Assembly: GCA_965248195.1 (NCBI GenBank)
Contig: CBDFIQ010000002.1
Location: 2,848,001-2,912,000 of the forward strand
From: Longimicrobiales bacterium
GTDB taxonomy: Bacteria > Gemmatimonadota > Gemmatimonadetes > Longimicrobiales > Gaopeijiaceae
Reading direction: 5' to 3'
Length of the DNA stretch: 64,000 bases
Shown here piece after piece: positions 49,027 through 60,700 of this stretch (within the stretch, counting starts at the first letter, position 1; the number at the start of each line of letters is the position of its first letter). The notes under the pieces are model-generated. The model did not search any database. It worked only from the letters and a program-made list of their open reading frames with translations, and had not been told where the DNA came from. The position numbers and the translations under genes were made by a program.

Positions 49027-51444
49027 TTAGAACACGGGCCTTCGCACCGGCCGCAATAGAAACAGCCCCTCCTGCGTGCTGCTCACCACGACCGTTCCAC
49101 TCTCGAAAAACGGATAGGCCGTCCACGCGCCCGACATCGTCGGTGGATTTCCCTCATACGGAGTGGTGTCGAAGAAGCCAATCTCTTCGGGATTCTCCGG
49201 ATTACTGATGTCCAGAACCCTCAGACCCGCCTGGTAGTTGGCCTGGTACATCCGGTCGCCGCGGATGTACAAATTGTGATCCGTCGCGGTCGTGGAGCCG
49301 AAATGTTCGGCCACCAGGACCGGATCGTCCAACTCGGCGACATCCCAAACGAGTGTGCGGGTACGCTCGGCCAGTGCCGTGAGCTCGTCGAGCTCGTCGT
49401 TCATGTAGTAGTACCGTTGGTCCTCGGTCAGCCACCCTTGGTGGATATAGGCCATGCCGGGATAGGTCGCTGAAGCGATCGACACCGGATCGTCCTTGTC
49501 GGTGACGTCCACGATCCGAAGCGCTGTCTCGTTGGACGCGAAGCAAATCTGGCGTCCCCGAAAATCGGCATCGGGCCCGACGTACTCCACACACTGAGCA
49601 TCGTGGGTCCGACCCGCCCACACGAGGCCCTCGGTGTCGGTGTAACATCCCGCGAACGTCGGCGTGAGCGGGTCGCGAATGTCGACCATGTGCAGACCTC
49701 CTCCGCACGTGTCACCCCCACCCGACGCACCGACGGGAAACGCGAATCCACTCTGCGTATCGATGACGAGATTATGCGCGGAGGCGATGCCATCGTAGCG
49801 CGCGTCGGCCGTGAGGGTCACCGGGGGTTCCCTCACGTCCCGGAGTCTTCGGAGGTCGAACACGGGCATCCCCGTATCGCCGCCTCCGATGAAGAAAGCG
49901 TGGTCTGCGTAGACCTTGATGTCCTGAGCCGTGCCACCCTCCGCCGCCAACAAACCGACATATGCGGGTAGCGACGGGTCCGTGATGTCGACCACCGAAG
50001 CTCCGCCGATACGTGCGACGAGAGCATACTCTCGGCGGGTTTCCGGATCCGTCCATCCCCACACGTCGGTTATGCCCCCGGCAAGAGCCGGGCTCCCCGG
50101 CGAAAGGCCCAACTCCGAGAGAGGCAGGAACGCGAGCAGATCGACATCGTTACACTCGAACTGATCGGCCTGACCCTCGGCGCAGAGCACTTCCTCTCCC
50201 GTGATCATCGGAAGCGCAGTGGGAAGACTCAGCCAGTCACCCTGACCCCACCGCCCGTTGGCCGGCCGCGAAAAGACCGCGGCCCGGCCCCTTCCCCCAT
50301 CCGCACCTGGAGCCCCCGCGACCGCGACGTTACGGCCTATCGCCACCGTCGAGCCGAGAGCGAACCCCGCCTCGACATCCCGCACCGAAAAGATCTCAAC
50401 CGCCTGCCAGACGTCACCGCTACGGTTGCGCACGAACCGGTGAACCCCACCCCTGCCCTCATCGGTACCGGGCGCGCCGACCAACAACTCGTTTTCTTGG
50501 AACGTGAGAGAAGACCCGAAAAGATCGCCGATCATACGCGCTCTCGGCGCTATGCGGTCCTGCTCCGTCCAAGTTCGGCGCGCCTCATCCCAGGTGTACT
50601 CGACGACGATGCCGCGCGACTCGGCCGTTCCAGGATGGCCAATCAGCGCCGCCTCGCCATCGATGGCGACCGCGGCCCCAAAGCCGCTGTTGGGGAAGGG
50701 GCTGGGGGCCGAGATGAGCACATCTTCGCTCCATTCGCCGGAAACAGGATCCCGCGAAAAGATGTATGCGGCACCTGATCGCCCATGCCCGGGCGCGCCC
50801 ACGATCGCCAGATCGCCCCTGATCATCAATGAGGCACCAAATCGGTCGTCACGTTGTGGCTCCGAACGCTCCAATCGGGCCCGCTCGACCCTCGCGCCGG
50901 AGCCGGCGTTCCGCTCGAAGACTCTCACGCCGCCGAGCCCCCCGATGGTGGCCACCAACGCTCGCTCACCATCCGTATCGACGACTCGTAGAGGTGGCCG
51001 GAGGATCTCCACCAGCGCCGCGTAATTCCACTGGGCCTCACCGCCATTCGAATCAGTCACGAGTGGGAGGCTCTCCACTCGGCTCCAGCGGCGCAGGGCG
51101 TTACGCTGGAACAAGTGGGCGCCCCACCGCTCATCGGCGTCGCCGGCCGCTACGACCAGCATGTCCCCGGAAACGGCGATGGAGGGGCTCAGGCCCTCAC
51201 CCGTCGAGGTACTCCCCTCCGCGCCGAGCTGATCCACCACCTGCCAAACACCCTCGACATCCCTCTGGTAAACCAGGGCCGCTCCCGGTCCTTGCCCGTA
51301 CGTTGGCTTGAGCACGAGGACATCATCGCCGACGACCCCGACCGCACTTCCGAATCCGCCTTGAGCAGAGAGGGGAGTGAAAACGATCGCTGGGAGTAGG
51401 ACCCCGAGGAAAACAGCGAGGGACGTCATGGTCATACGATTCAT
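49027..51444 (-). CDS. Exported FG-GAP-repeat plus choice-of-anchor B (LVIVD) protein
   Basis: Signal peptide ending LSAQ; repeated FG...VGAPG; DVWGWTDP, HDAQC, YIHQGWLTEDQRY, DELDE. Confidence 0.8.
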   Translation of the reverse strand: MNRMTMTSLAVFLGVLLPAIVFTPLSAQGGFGSAVGVVGDDVLVLKPTYGQGPGAALVYQRDVEGVWQVVDQLGAEGSTSTGEGLSPSIAVSGDMLVVAAGDADERWGAHLFQRNALRRWSRVESLPLVTDSNGGEAQWNYAALVEILRPPLRVVDTDGERALVATIGGLGGVRVFERNAGSGARVERARLERSEPQRDDRFGASLMIRGDLAIVGAPGHGRSGAAYIFSRDPVSGEWSEDVLISAPSPFPNSGFGAAVAIDGEAALIGHPGTAESRGIVVEYTWDEARRTWTEQDRIAPRARMIGDLFGSSLTFQENELLVGAPGTDEGRGGVHRFVRNRSGDVWQAVEIFSVRDVEAGFALGSTVAIGRNVAVAGAPGADGGRGRAAVFSRPANGRWGQGDWLSLPTALPMITGEEVLCAEGQADQFECNDVDLLAFLPLSELGLSPGSPALAGGITDVWGWTDPETRREYALVARIGGASVVDITDPSLPAYVGLLAAEGGTAQDIKVYADHAFFIGGGDTGMPVFDLRRLRDVREPPVTLTADARYDGIASAHNLVIDTQSGFAFPVGASGGGDTCGGGLHMVDIRDPLTPTFAGCYTDTEGLVWAGRTHDAQCVEYVGPDADFRGRQICFASNETALRIVDVTDKDDPVSIASATYPGMAYIHQGWLTEDQRYYYMNDELDELTALAERTRTLVWDVAELDDPVLVAEHFGSTTATDHNLYIRGDRMYQANYQAGLRVLDISNPENPEEIGFFDTTPYEGNPPTMSGAWTAYPFFESGTVVVSSTQEGLFLLRPVRRPVF

Positions 51445-51706
51445 CCGATTCCGGGACCAGCGTTTCAGGATCTTTACCCAAAGGGGGACGAAGAGCAACA
51501 CCGTGACCCGTCCACCATTCCAGCAAGGAACGCGCCGGAAACCGAAGAGTGCCCCCTGGGTGTATTGCGCCAACGCCTCCAATGCGGCAAAGTCGAAACC
51601 GGGAACAGAGGGGTGGTAGGGGGGATTGGACTTTCTGGACCAAAGCCACCCGGCGATGAACGCTACCGAGGAGAGCCGTCGAATGGGTAAAAGCCGCAAG
51701 GATGTC

Positions 51707-52318
51707 ATGAAACCGATCCTGGCATTGCTGGGCGTTACTGTCGTGCTGACCCTGGGGACGTGGCTGGTCATGGGGTCCGAGCCCCGGCTCGGGCCACACG
51801 ACGGCTTGGACCTCCCCGGAGTAGATACGGGAAGGGTCGCGGTCGGCGACGTCGCCCCGGACTTCTCGCTGGTGAGCTACGCGGGCACTGTGACCACGCT
51901 CTCGGACTTCCGAGGCGACAAGAACGTCGTCCTCGCCTTCTATCGAGGCTATTGGTGACCTTTTTGCGCCCGTCAGTTCGGGGAACTGAGAGACCTCCTG
52001 TCTCCGGAGCAGAGAGCCAACACGGAGATCCTTGCCATATCGGTGGATGACCACGATGAACAGCAGATGATGATCGACCGGGTCGCCGAGGAGTATGGTG
52101 GGCTCATCGAGTTTCAACTGCTGCAGGACCTGGACCACGCGGTCATGGACCGTTACGGGCTTTTCAACCCCGATGACTCGCAGAGGCGTGCGATCCCACA
52201 TCCCACCACGTTCGTTATCGACAAGCAGGGAGTCGTGCGTTGGAAGTTCCTCGAGATCAATTTTCGGATCCGGCCCACGAACGAGGACATCCTGGCGGCG
52301 GTGGCGGAGCTGGAGTAG
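51707..52318 (+). CDS. Peroxiredoxin-like (AhpC/TSA) candidate selenoprotein with a UxxC motif (start could be 51683)
   Basis: ORFs 51626-51958 and 52043-52318 are one frame joined through TGA 51956-51958: FYRGYW-U-PFCARQ; APDFSL and [14 protein letters not shown]. Confidence 0.8.
51973..51989 (+). promoter_or_regulatory. Candidate bacterial SECIS hairpin
   Basis: TCAGTTC-GGG-GAACTGA with a G-rich loop about 22 nt after the UGA. Confidence 0.5.
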
Positions 52319-52376
52319 CCCCAGCTCCCGGCCATCACCTTTGCGGCGACCCCATCTACAGGGGTCGCCACCGTCA

Positions 52377-53447
52377 TCAGTCCTCCTCCTCTATCGTCGT
52401 GAAAGCGATGGCGAAGGGACAGATGCCGACCGGAATGGTGATCTGCGCATCGTACGCTCCGTCGTGCCGGTTCGCTGTGCCGGGATCCTGGCAGAAGCCG
52501 GGAGTCAGCGTATAGAGTCTCCCTGCCTCGTCGAATCCGACTCCTGAGGTGCTGGGAACCCCGCCGGGCTCCAAGGCCTCCGCCGGTCCCCGGATGAAAG
52601 CGTCCAGGCTTGTATCCCAAACCGCAACCCCGTACGAGAACGCGCCAACGAACGCCCGGGCGGATGGACCCAGCGCCAGGCTCCCAGGGAAGTCACCAAA
52701 ACCTGGGTGATGCTCTGCCTCGGTCAGGCTGGTCAGGTTCACGACGGAAAGGGACCCGTTCGCCGCTCCAAACGACCCCGAGTTCACGATGTAGAGCCGC
52801 CCGTCGGGGCCCACGCCGCCCGCTGCGGCGTTCTCACCGCTCAGTTTTATGGTCGACGTAAGCTCAAGACTCTCGATGTCGATGACCGACACGGTCGCCG
52901 GTCCGTCAGGGGCGAAAGACTCGTCGAGTTCTGCGTTCAGCACGAACGCCCGCCCACCCTCGACCACAATCGCTTGTGGGAACCGGCCTACCGCGATGTC
53001 GCTCCCACTAGTGCCCGCGAGAACGTTGATCGGCGTGACGGAGTTGAGACTGGAATTCGCGGCCAGTACGATGGAATCGTTCACGAAGGCGGCGCCCGTC
53101 GCACCGGATCCCTCGGGGAGCCCCACCGTCATGACCACCGCCCCCTCCTTCAGATCCACGACCGCAACGGCCGGAACGAAGCCGAGCGGAACGGCGGCGA
53201 GATTTCCCCTCACGGCCATCGTGACGGGGCTACCGTCTGGACCGAGGCCGACGATTCGAGTCTGCGCCGGGTTCTCGACCTCGAAAATAGTGAGGCTCAG
53301 GTCCACGCTCGACAGTACCACACCCACTTCGGCGGTTTCCGCAGGCAGCGCCTCAGTGCCGTCGCCGGAGCAAGCCGCCAGAAGCAGAGCCCCCAGGAAC
53401 GTGAGGCTCAGACGCTGCGAGCGGGCTCTTCGTGGTTCGTACTTCAT
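52377..53447 (-). CDS. YncE/BtuG-like beta-propeller lipoprotein
   Basis: Lipobox LAAC; propeller repeats; NSGSFGAANGSLSVV; downstream of the TonB receptor under a B12 riboswitch. Confidence 0.7.
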   Translation of the reverse strand: MKYEPRRARSQRLSLTFLGALLLAACSGDGTEALPAETAEVGVVLSSVDLSLTIFEVENPAQTRIVGLGPDGSPVTMAVRGNLAAVPLGFVPAVAVVDLKEGAVVMTVGLPEGSGATGAAFVNDSIVLAANSSLNSVTPINVLAGTSGSDIAVGRFPQAIVVEGGRAFVLNAELDESFAPDGPATVSVIDIESLELTSTIKLSGENAAAGGVGPDGRLYIVNSGSFGAANGSLSVVNLTSLTEAEHHPGFGDFPGSLALGPSARAFVGAFSYGVAVWDTSLDAFIRGPAEALEPGGVPSTSGVGFDEAGRLYTLTPGFCQDPGTANRHDGAYDAQITIPVGICPFAIAFTTIEEED

Positions 53448-53469
53448 TTCAGGTTCTCCGGTAAAGTGA

Positions 53470-55668
53470 TCAGGAACTCGGACCGAGCCGGAGCTCCACA
53501 CGGAGCGTTCGACCCGGGTCGGGATAGGCGAAGATCAAAGCGTCGGTGACGTTGAAGAGACGTTCGATCCTCAGGCGGCTTTCCGCGCTCCAGCCCCCGA
53601 AAAGCCAGCGGTGTCCCACGTCGAAGTCCGTCACCCAGAATCCAGGCAGCTCGTTCACGGGCGCCGGGACGGGGAATCGAGCCCCTGTAAAGCGGGAGGC
53701 CAGACGGAGCGACCAAGGGCCCCGTTGCCATCCAGCGTTGACCGTAGCCCCGTAACGCGGGCGGTACGCCACTTGGACGTCATCGGGCCCGCCCCGGTCG
53801 TAGGTGGTGCGGGCGAGGCTGAAGCTCCCTCCCACAGCCAAACCCACTCGGGGTACCTCCACCTCCAGGCCTGCCTCACCCCCAGACCTTCGAACGTCCG
53901 TATTCCGGGGGCTCCAAACAAAGCGGAAGTCCGGGAGCCAAACGATCATCCCCTTCATATCGCCTTTGTAGGCCTCCGCAGATACGCGTACGGCCGCCAC
54001 CCCCAACTCCCCTGCCCACGACACCTGGGCCGCGATCTCGGACGGTACACGCTCCGCCCGGAGGTCGGGGTTGGGTTCCACGCCCACGCCTTCCCGGAAG
54101 AACTGGTCTCCGAGCGTCGGTGGGCTGAAGGCACTACGGTGTGCTAGGCGAAGAAAAACGGGGCTGAGAGGAACGCTGAGCGCGAACTCATGGCTCGCGT
54201 GCCACCGATCGGTCCGCCCAACCCAGTGCCCGCGGATGGACGACGACACCGACCACGCCTCCTCCGAAGGCGACCACGTGCCCGAGGCACGCAACCCGAG
54301 ATCGGTCCGGCGTGGGGGGGCGTCTGGACTCAATGCATCACCTTCCACACTCTGCATGTCCAAATCGACTCCGCCGGACATCGCCCGCAGTACTCCGATT
54401 CCGGGGATCGCCCCTTCTACCGACGCCCCTACCGCCCGCAGCAGGGTGCGATCGTCATACGGAGCCCCGAATGGGGGATCGGAGTCACGGAAGCGAGTCG
54501 TCTGTCGAGTGGCGTACGTGCGCACACTCAACGATCCATCCTCGAGGACTCCCATATTCCAACCCGCGGAAAAACGCGCCCGGTCGAGATCTTGTCGTGC
54601 GTCCCGTGAAGGGGCGAAGCTCCGCCCCGGAAGTCCCCGTTCCAGAGTCTCGATTCCCGCCATCGCGCTCAGATCGCCGTCCCGCAACGGACCTGACCAA
54701 CCTGTGCTCGCGCTCCACGTCACGAGATCGGCGTTGCCGCGGTAGGCCTCACCACCCCCTGCCTCCGCCGGAATGGTGAAATCGAATCCACCGTCGAGCC
54801 CCCTACGCTCCACGCGGCCCTGCCAGTGGCCGTTCCAGAGCGCCCCGCCGCCGCCCGCGCCCAGGCCGAACTGCTCGAGCGACCCGGCCCAAGTGGACAC
54901 TTGCCACGGTTCCGCGTCGCCGGAGGTCTCCAGAAGAATCACTCCGGCCGCCGCCCGGGGGCCGAAGCGAGCCGAGAGCGCACCCGGGAGAACCGTCGCG
55001 TGCGTAAGGCTCCGGGCGGGAACACTGGAGAGATCCGCCTCGCCGGTCACAGGGTCGTTGAGTGGCACACCATCGAGAAGCACCAGAACAGCGTCGGGAT
55101 TGCTGCCCCGCACGCTGATCCGCTGGGGGCCGCCCCTCGTTTGTTCCTGGACCACGATGCCGGGAACGGCTCGGAGGGCATCTCCCGCCGTCCGGGCGCC
55201 CGATCCCACGATCGTTTCGCGGAGAAGAACGATTCCTCCCGTGGACGCGATGGTAGCCGTGATCCCGCCGACTTCGAGCGCCACCGGGGTAAGCGCTAGT
55301 ACGACTCGGGCTACGACACCGTTCTGGACCTCGACGTTTCGGTAGGTGCGGACATACCCTAGCCGGCGGACCGATAAGCGATAGGAACCCGGCTCCAGCC
55401 CCCTCAGCCGGAAGCCGCCAGAAGCGTCGGTCGACGTCTTCCACCCGCCCGGCCCGAGGAGGACTTCAACCGCGCCGAGCGGGGTCCTCGTGAGGGAATC
55501 CACGATCCGGCCGGATAGCTCGCCGGGCCATTGGGTGGCGGAGGCCCTCACCGGCAGCGCCAAAAGAGCGAGCAGGGCTAAACCAGCGCACCTGTACCTA
55601 TGGGCAGCACCCGTCCAGCCAGGACGGCCACCGCGCATCGTCGACCGACAGAATGAAGAAACCCGCAT
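53470..55668 (-). CDS. TonB-dependent receptor, probable cobalamin transporter (BtuB-like)
   Basis: N-terminal carboxypeptidase-regulatory-like domain, plug (ISVRGS, LVLLDGVPL), NPDLRAE, PGRTL C-terminus; riboswitch upstream. Confidence 0.85.
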   Translation of the reverse strand: MRVSSFCRSTMRGGRPGWTGAAHRYRCAGLALLALLALPVRASATQWPGELSGRIVDSLTRTPLGAVEVLLGPGGWKTSTDASGGFRLRGLEPGSYRLSVRRLGYVRTYRNVEVQNGVVARVVLALTPVALEVGGITATIASTGGIVLLRETIVGSGARTAGDALRAVPGIVVQEQTRGGPQRISVRGSNPDAVLVLLDGVPLNDPVTGEADLSSVPARSLTHATVLPGALSARFGPRAAAGVILLETSGDAEPWQVSTWAGSLEQFGLGAGGGGALWNGHWQGRVERRGLDGGFDFTIPAEAGGGEAYRGNADLVTWSASTGWSGPLRDGDLSAMAGIETLERGLPGRSFAPSRDARQDLDRARFSAGWNMGVLEDGSLSVRTYATRQTTRFRDSDPPFGAPYDDRTLLRAVGASVEGAIPGIGVLRAMSGGVDLDMQSVEGDALSPDAPPRRTDLGLRASGTWSPSEEAWSVSSSIRGHWVGRTDRWHASHEFALSVPLSPVFLRLAHRSAFSPPTLGDQFFREGVGVEPNPDLRAERVPSEIAAQVSWAGELGVAAVRVSAEAYKGDMKGMIVWLPDFRFVWSPRNTDVRRSGGEAGLEVEVPRVGLAVGGSFSLARTTYDRGGPDDVQVAYRPRYGATVNAGWQRGPWSLRLASRFTGARFPVPAPVNELPGFWVTDFDVGHRWLFGGWSAESRLRIERLFNVTDALIFAYPDPGRTLRVELRLGPSS

Positions 55669-55694
55669 CTCTTCCCCTCGAAGAGTGCTTGGCG

Positions 55695-55866
55695 ATGCGG
55701 GCGCGCAGGTCTACTGACTTAGGGCGGCACTCCCTCGCCTTCCCAGGGCCTGTCGGCTCCAGTGGCATTCATGAGGGGGCCTGTCCGGCGCAAAAACGCG
55801 CCGAGCCCAACACAGTGGCGGGGCCGTGCCGGATTGTCACCGGCTTCCGAGATGCCTCGCCCGCAT
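55695..55866 (-). ncRNA. Cobalamin riboswitch
   Basis: GGAAGCCGGUGACAAUCCGGCACGGCCCCGCCACUGU, GCCACUGG..GGGAAGGC, AGUCAGUAGACCUGC; closing helix AUGCGGGCG/CGCCCGCAU. Confidence 0.92.
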
Positions 55867-56113
55867 AATTAGGTTGTCGAAGAGCAACCTATCAGGGGCC
55901 GTGAGGGCGCGTCAAACGAAGCGGCTAGAATCATGGTCAAATTCTGCTCAAGAACTGCTTGGGAAAAACGTCAAACTGGGGCACATTTGAAACGTTGATA
56001 GCGATTTCCTCCAGCGCACGGGAAATACCATCAAGGACATTGCCCCCGACCTTGGGACGCTCGAGCGTCGTGATCGCCAGCGCTGGTGGACCGCGATTCT
56101 CATCATACTCGTT

Positions 56114-57394
56114 TTGACCGTAGCGCTGATCATGTCTCACATACCCGAGCTTGTCGGCGCGAGCGAGGATTTCGTGGAGGGAAGCAGGACCTATCTCATC
56201 GGGCTCTTCGTGCTGGTCCCACTCTTCTGCCTGTACGTGTTACAGACCACCGCCCAGTCGCGAAGGCTACGAGCTCACCTTATCGAGAATCAAAACAAGG
56301 ACGACTTCGTCGCGATCGTCTCACACGAGCTCCGGACACCGCTCGCAACCATCTCCAACGTTCTCTCCAATGCGTTGGCCGGCGTCTGGGGAGAGCTCAG
56401 TGACGAAGCCCGTACCGAGTTCGAGACCGGCCGCACCAACGCGAAGAGGCTGGCAAACGTGGTCAGCAACCTGTTGGATATGTCGACCATCCGAGCCGGA
56501 CGCGTCTCCCTCGAAAAGTCGCAAGTCGACATGCCCGGACTGGTTCACAGCGTCACCGAGTCGGTCAAAGCGAAAGCCAAGAAAAAGGGCGTCGCGCTCC
56601 AGGCGTCGCACGATCCGTACCTCGGGCTGGTCTTTTGCGATCCGGAGATGATCGTGCGCGTCGTCACGAACCTGGTCGGGAACGCGATCAAGTTCACCGA
56701 GGACGGCGGAACGATTTCTATCGCCGTCCGGAACGGTCTCAAAGACGTCCAAGTCTCCGTATCCGATACGGGAGATGGCATCGCCCCGGAGAACCACTCG
56801 CGCATCTTCGAGCGGTTTCAGCAAGTCGATCGGACGTACGGAACAGGAGAGAAGGGCACCGGCCTCGGCCTGGCCATTTCAAAGGAGTTGGTGGAACTCC
56901 ACGGCGGGACCCTCTGGGTGAAGAGTGAGCTGGGGAAGGGCAGCACGTTCAGCTTCACTCTACCCGTCTACAAGCGGGAGGAGTTGCTGCGGGAGGCCGT
57001 GTACACCGAATTCAAACTGTGTCATCAGAGCGATTACCTCTCCCTTATCGTCTTTGTGTTCAAGCAAGTCGAGTTCGAGGCATTACAATCGCAGAGCGCC
57101 ATCGGGGAGTGGAGGCGATTACTGGGAGAGGTCGAGACATCGATCAGGCAGGTCGGGCGCAGCCTGCATGATACCATGATCCAGTACGGAGACGGACGCT
57201 TGATCATATTCTTGCGCGACACGCCCAAGTCGGGAGCAACCGCGGTGCGAGACCGGATTGCGAGCGCGCTCGTGCCCTATGAGGAGCGCTGCCCTTTCGT
57301 GGTCGCGACGATTTCTTGTCCTGAGGATTCGGAGACCCCAGACGTGTTGGTTACTGACGTCGATAACTTTGTTGAGGAGTTGGCAAATGGGTAA
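56114..57394 (+). CDS. Membrane sensor histidine kinase with C-terminal degenerate GGDEF-like domain (true start probably upstream)
   Basis: [30 protein letters not shown]; frame is open from 55991. Confidence 0.88.
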   Translation: MTVALIMSHIPELVGASEDFVEGSRTYLIGLFVLVPLFCLYVLQTTAQSRRLRAHLIENQNKDDFVAIVSHELRTPLATISNVLSNALAGVWGELSDEARTEFETGRTNAKRLANVVSNLLDMSTIRAGRVSLEKSQVDMPGLVHSVTESVKAKAKKKGVALQASHDPYLGLVFCDPEMIVRVVTNLVGNAIKFTEDGGTISIAVRNGLKDVQVSVSDTGDGIAPENHSRIFERFQQVDRTYGTGEKGTGLGLAISKELVELHGGTLWVKSELGKGSTFSFTLPVYKREELLREAVYTEFKLCHQSDYLSLIVFVFKQVEFEALQSQSAIGEWRRLLGEVETSIRQVGRSLHDTMIQYGDGRLIIFLRDTPKSGATAVRDRIASALVPYEERCPFVVATISCPEDSETPDVLVTDVDNFVEELANG

Positions 57395-57755
57395 AAAACT
57401 ATTCATAGCGGACGATGAGTCTGGCTTCGTGTCGACCCTGAGGTCGCGGCTCGAATTCGAAGGATTCGAGGTCACGACTGCCCCGGACGGTAAGGCGGCC
57501 TTGGAGCTGATCCCGACTGAAATGCCGGATCTGATCCTGCTGGACATCATGATGCCGGCGGTGAACGGCTATCAGGTGTGCCGCGAACTGAAGGCGAACG
57601 CCGACACGAGCACCATCCCAATCCTGATGCTTACGGCCAAATCCCAAGAGAGCGACAAGTTCTGGGGAAAGGAGGCCGGGGCAGACGCCTATATTACAAA
57701 GCCGTTCGACATGGATGATCTGATCAGGGAAATCCGAGGGTTGCTCGACGAGTAA
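57387..57755 (+). CDS. Single-domain response regulator
   Basis: IADDE, LLDIMMP, MLTAK, YITKPF. Confidence 0.92.
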   Translation: MGKKLFIADDESGFVSTLRSRLEFEGFEVTTAPDGKAALELIPTEMPDLILLDIMMPAVNGYQVCRELKANADTSTIPILMLTAKSQESDKFWGKEAGADAYITKPFDMDDLIREIRGLLDE

Positions 57756-60700
57756 TGCTGCTGTGGGTTGTTTACAGCCTTGTCGGGACCATCGGCCTCA
57801 TGGTTCTGGCCGTCTTCCTCAGGGAGACCTGGCGTGCCTGGGAGCGTCGGCGATTTGAGAGGCTGAGAACGGTCTGCACCCGGCGATTGCGGGTGCTGAA
57901 GTACTTGGAGGCCGAGGACCTCGCCGCTCGGCTTCGAGCGGCGTTTCCGCTTCCCGTCATTGAAAAGTGTCTCGAGGAATTCTCCGAGCAATCGACGACA
58001 TCCATGCGCGAGAAGCTCGTGCAAGTCAACGAGGACCTCGGCCTTGTCCAGGCCCGCATCGAGGCCCTGACAGACGCCGGCTCGTGGCCCGAGCGCGCAG
58101 CGGCGGCAGAACGGCTGGGACGCATCGGACATTCCGCAGCGGTGCTGCCGCTCATCGCCACACTTCAGGACCAGAGCGAAGACAAGCAGGTCAAGAGCGT
58201 CGCCAGTTTGGCGCTGCGTAACATCCGTGATCCCCGGGCGATCCCACCGCTGGTCGAGGCACTGGGGTGGGACGACGCGGCCATGGGCCAGGCCGTCGCG
58301 GATACGCTCGAGGGGTTCATGCCGCAAGCCGTGCCCGCGTTGCTCGACGTGTTGCAAAGCTCCAAGACCGACGGCCAGCGGTATTGGGCCGTTCGAATCC
58401 TCGGCGCGTCGACCGATTCCGAAAACACGGGTCCCTTGATCGCCGCGCTGCAGGATCGCAGTGAAAAAGTCCGGGCCGAAGCGGCCCGCTCGCTCGGAAG
58501 GCTGAAAGCTCGCCCGGCCATTCACTCGCTCACCGAAACGCTGTTGCGAGATCCCCTTGCGCCAGTGCGGGAAGAGGCGGCGCACGCCTTGGGCGAAATC
58601 GGTGATGAGCAAGCCTTGGAGGCGTTGAAGCAAGCCCTCGGCGAGCTTCCTTACGAGGTACGAGCGAGCGCGCTGACCGCAATGGAGAAAATGGGTGACG
58701 AGGCGGTCCCCCTCTTCCTCCAAGCTCTGGACGAGGACGATGAACGGACGCGCACGCAGGCCGCGACCGCACTTGAGCGCAACGGATACGTCGGTACGCT
58801 GATCGAGCGCCTTGCGGTGGAGTCCGGAACGACCACTGCGCCATCGTTCCTCGTCCTGCTGAAAGTTGCCAGGACCGGCGTCGTCGAGTCGCTCATTCAG
58901 GCCCTCTCGCTTCCGGATCTGCGGGTCCGCGTGCGAATTTGCCAAATCTTGGGCGAGGTCCGCAGCAGAAGCGCGTTAGACGCCCTCAGCGAGGTGGCCG
59001 TCGACGACTCTGAATGGGCGGTGCGGGCCCGCGCCCTCGAGGCCCTCATCCGGATCGGGGACGAGCAGACCCAGGCGCTTTGGTTGCGTCAGTTGAGGGA
59101 CGAAGAGGAGAACGTGCGGGAGTGTATCCTGGAGTCGATGAGCGAGCTCCCCCCCACCGTGTTGGAGCCCATGCTGCCGGATCTTCTGCCCAAGCTCGAC
59201 GATCCCAATCTCAAAATCCGAAAACTGATGGTCGGAGTCGTTGGCTCGATTCGTTCGGAGCGGGTCGAGCATGCGCTCGTCAAGTCGCTCAAGGACTCGG
59301 CGGCTGACGTGCGGGCGCAGGCCGCGAGCGCGTTGGGCCGCTTTTCGCAAAAGGACACCGTCCAAGCCCTTGAACAGTGTCTCGAGGACCCCGAGTCCCT
59401 CGTACGCGGGAACGCGGTTCGCGCCCTGGGCGAGATCAAGGACTCCGCCTCCATTCCGGCCCTTGCCCGGGCCTTCGAGAACGCCGACGACAGCTATCGC
59501 GACGACATCGCCCAAGCGCTGGCCGCCATGAAGCGGAACGATCTGCTCGCCCTCACGGATCTGCTCATGGGGTTGCGCTCGGGGGAGGCCCGGGCCGGCG
59601 TAGCCTGGGCGCTCGGGCTAAAGGGCGACCCGCGGGCCCTGGGCCTCCTGCAAGCGTTCCTCATGGACGAGGAGCCTCTCGTGCGCTCGAGCGCGGCACG
59701 TGCGCTGGGCGAACTCGCCTCCCCCGAGACGGGTGCGGTTCTGCTGCCCTTCCTCGAGGATCCCGATGCCCGGGTCCGTGCCGCGACGGTGGCGAGCCTG
59801 GGCCGGTGCCGGAACCCCGAGCTGGCTAACCCACTCGTCCCCCTGTTGGACGATCCCGATGTTGCTGTGGGTCGCCAGGCCGCGCTCGCCATCGGACAAC
59901 TCGGCCATCCAACGGGGATCACCCATGTCCAGCGCTTCCACGCCCGGGTCTCCGACCCCATCTCCCAGGCCGCGGCGGCGATCGGTCTAACACTCCTGGG
60001 GGACCAGACCGGTCTGGAGACGATTCTCGAAGGGCTACAGGATTCGCGGCTCGCCCCACCGCTGCGCGATCTGATTCGGGCCTGCACCAAGGAAACGCAG
60101 CAGCAATTTTTCGCCGTCCTGACGCTCGATTCCCGCCTCTTTTGGCTCGAGGACCCTGAGGAATTTCGTTCCGAAGCTGTGGAACATTATGTGGGTCTGC
60201 TCCAATCCGATCGACAGCCTTCTGCCCGCATCCGCGCCATGCAGGCACTGGCTCTGTTCGCGGAGAGGCGGTGCGCGCCGATCCTGGAGGCTAGCCTCAA
60301 GAGAGATCCGAACCCGACGGTACGCGCCCAGGCACTGGCGTCCCTCGGTGGGTTCCTCCAGGTGGCCGAGCTCCTCGACCGGCTGGTCTTGGCCATTGGA
60401 GATCCCGCAGACGAGGTCCGGCTTCAGGCGGCCCACACCCTCAACGGGTTGAACCCCGATGACGTCAAGCCCCACCGCGAGCAACTCGTCGAGCTTCTGG
60501 AGACAGAGAACTACGAACTCCAGGAGGCCGTCTGCAAGCTCCTCGCTAGCTGCTACAAACGCGATTGGAGAACCCTCGCCGATCGCCTGATGGGGGCCGA
60601 GAAGACCAATAGTGTCCGAGGGCTAATTCGGACGCTCAGTCTCATCGGCGACCCAAGGATCGGCGTGCTCTTCTTGCCCATCCTCGATCACAGGGAGGCC

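Noticed and set aside
51445..51771. 109-aa N-terminal extension of the choice-of-anchor B ORF
   Set aside because: It overlaps the divergent redoxin gene; the signal peptide begins at 51444
51956..51958. Genome-wide UGA reassignment (code 4 or 25)
   Set aside because: Many genes here end in TGA overlapping the next start codon, so TGA is a normal stop
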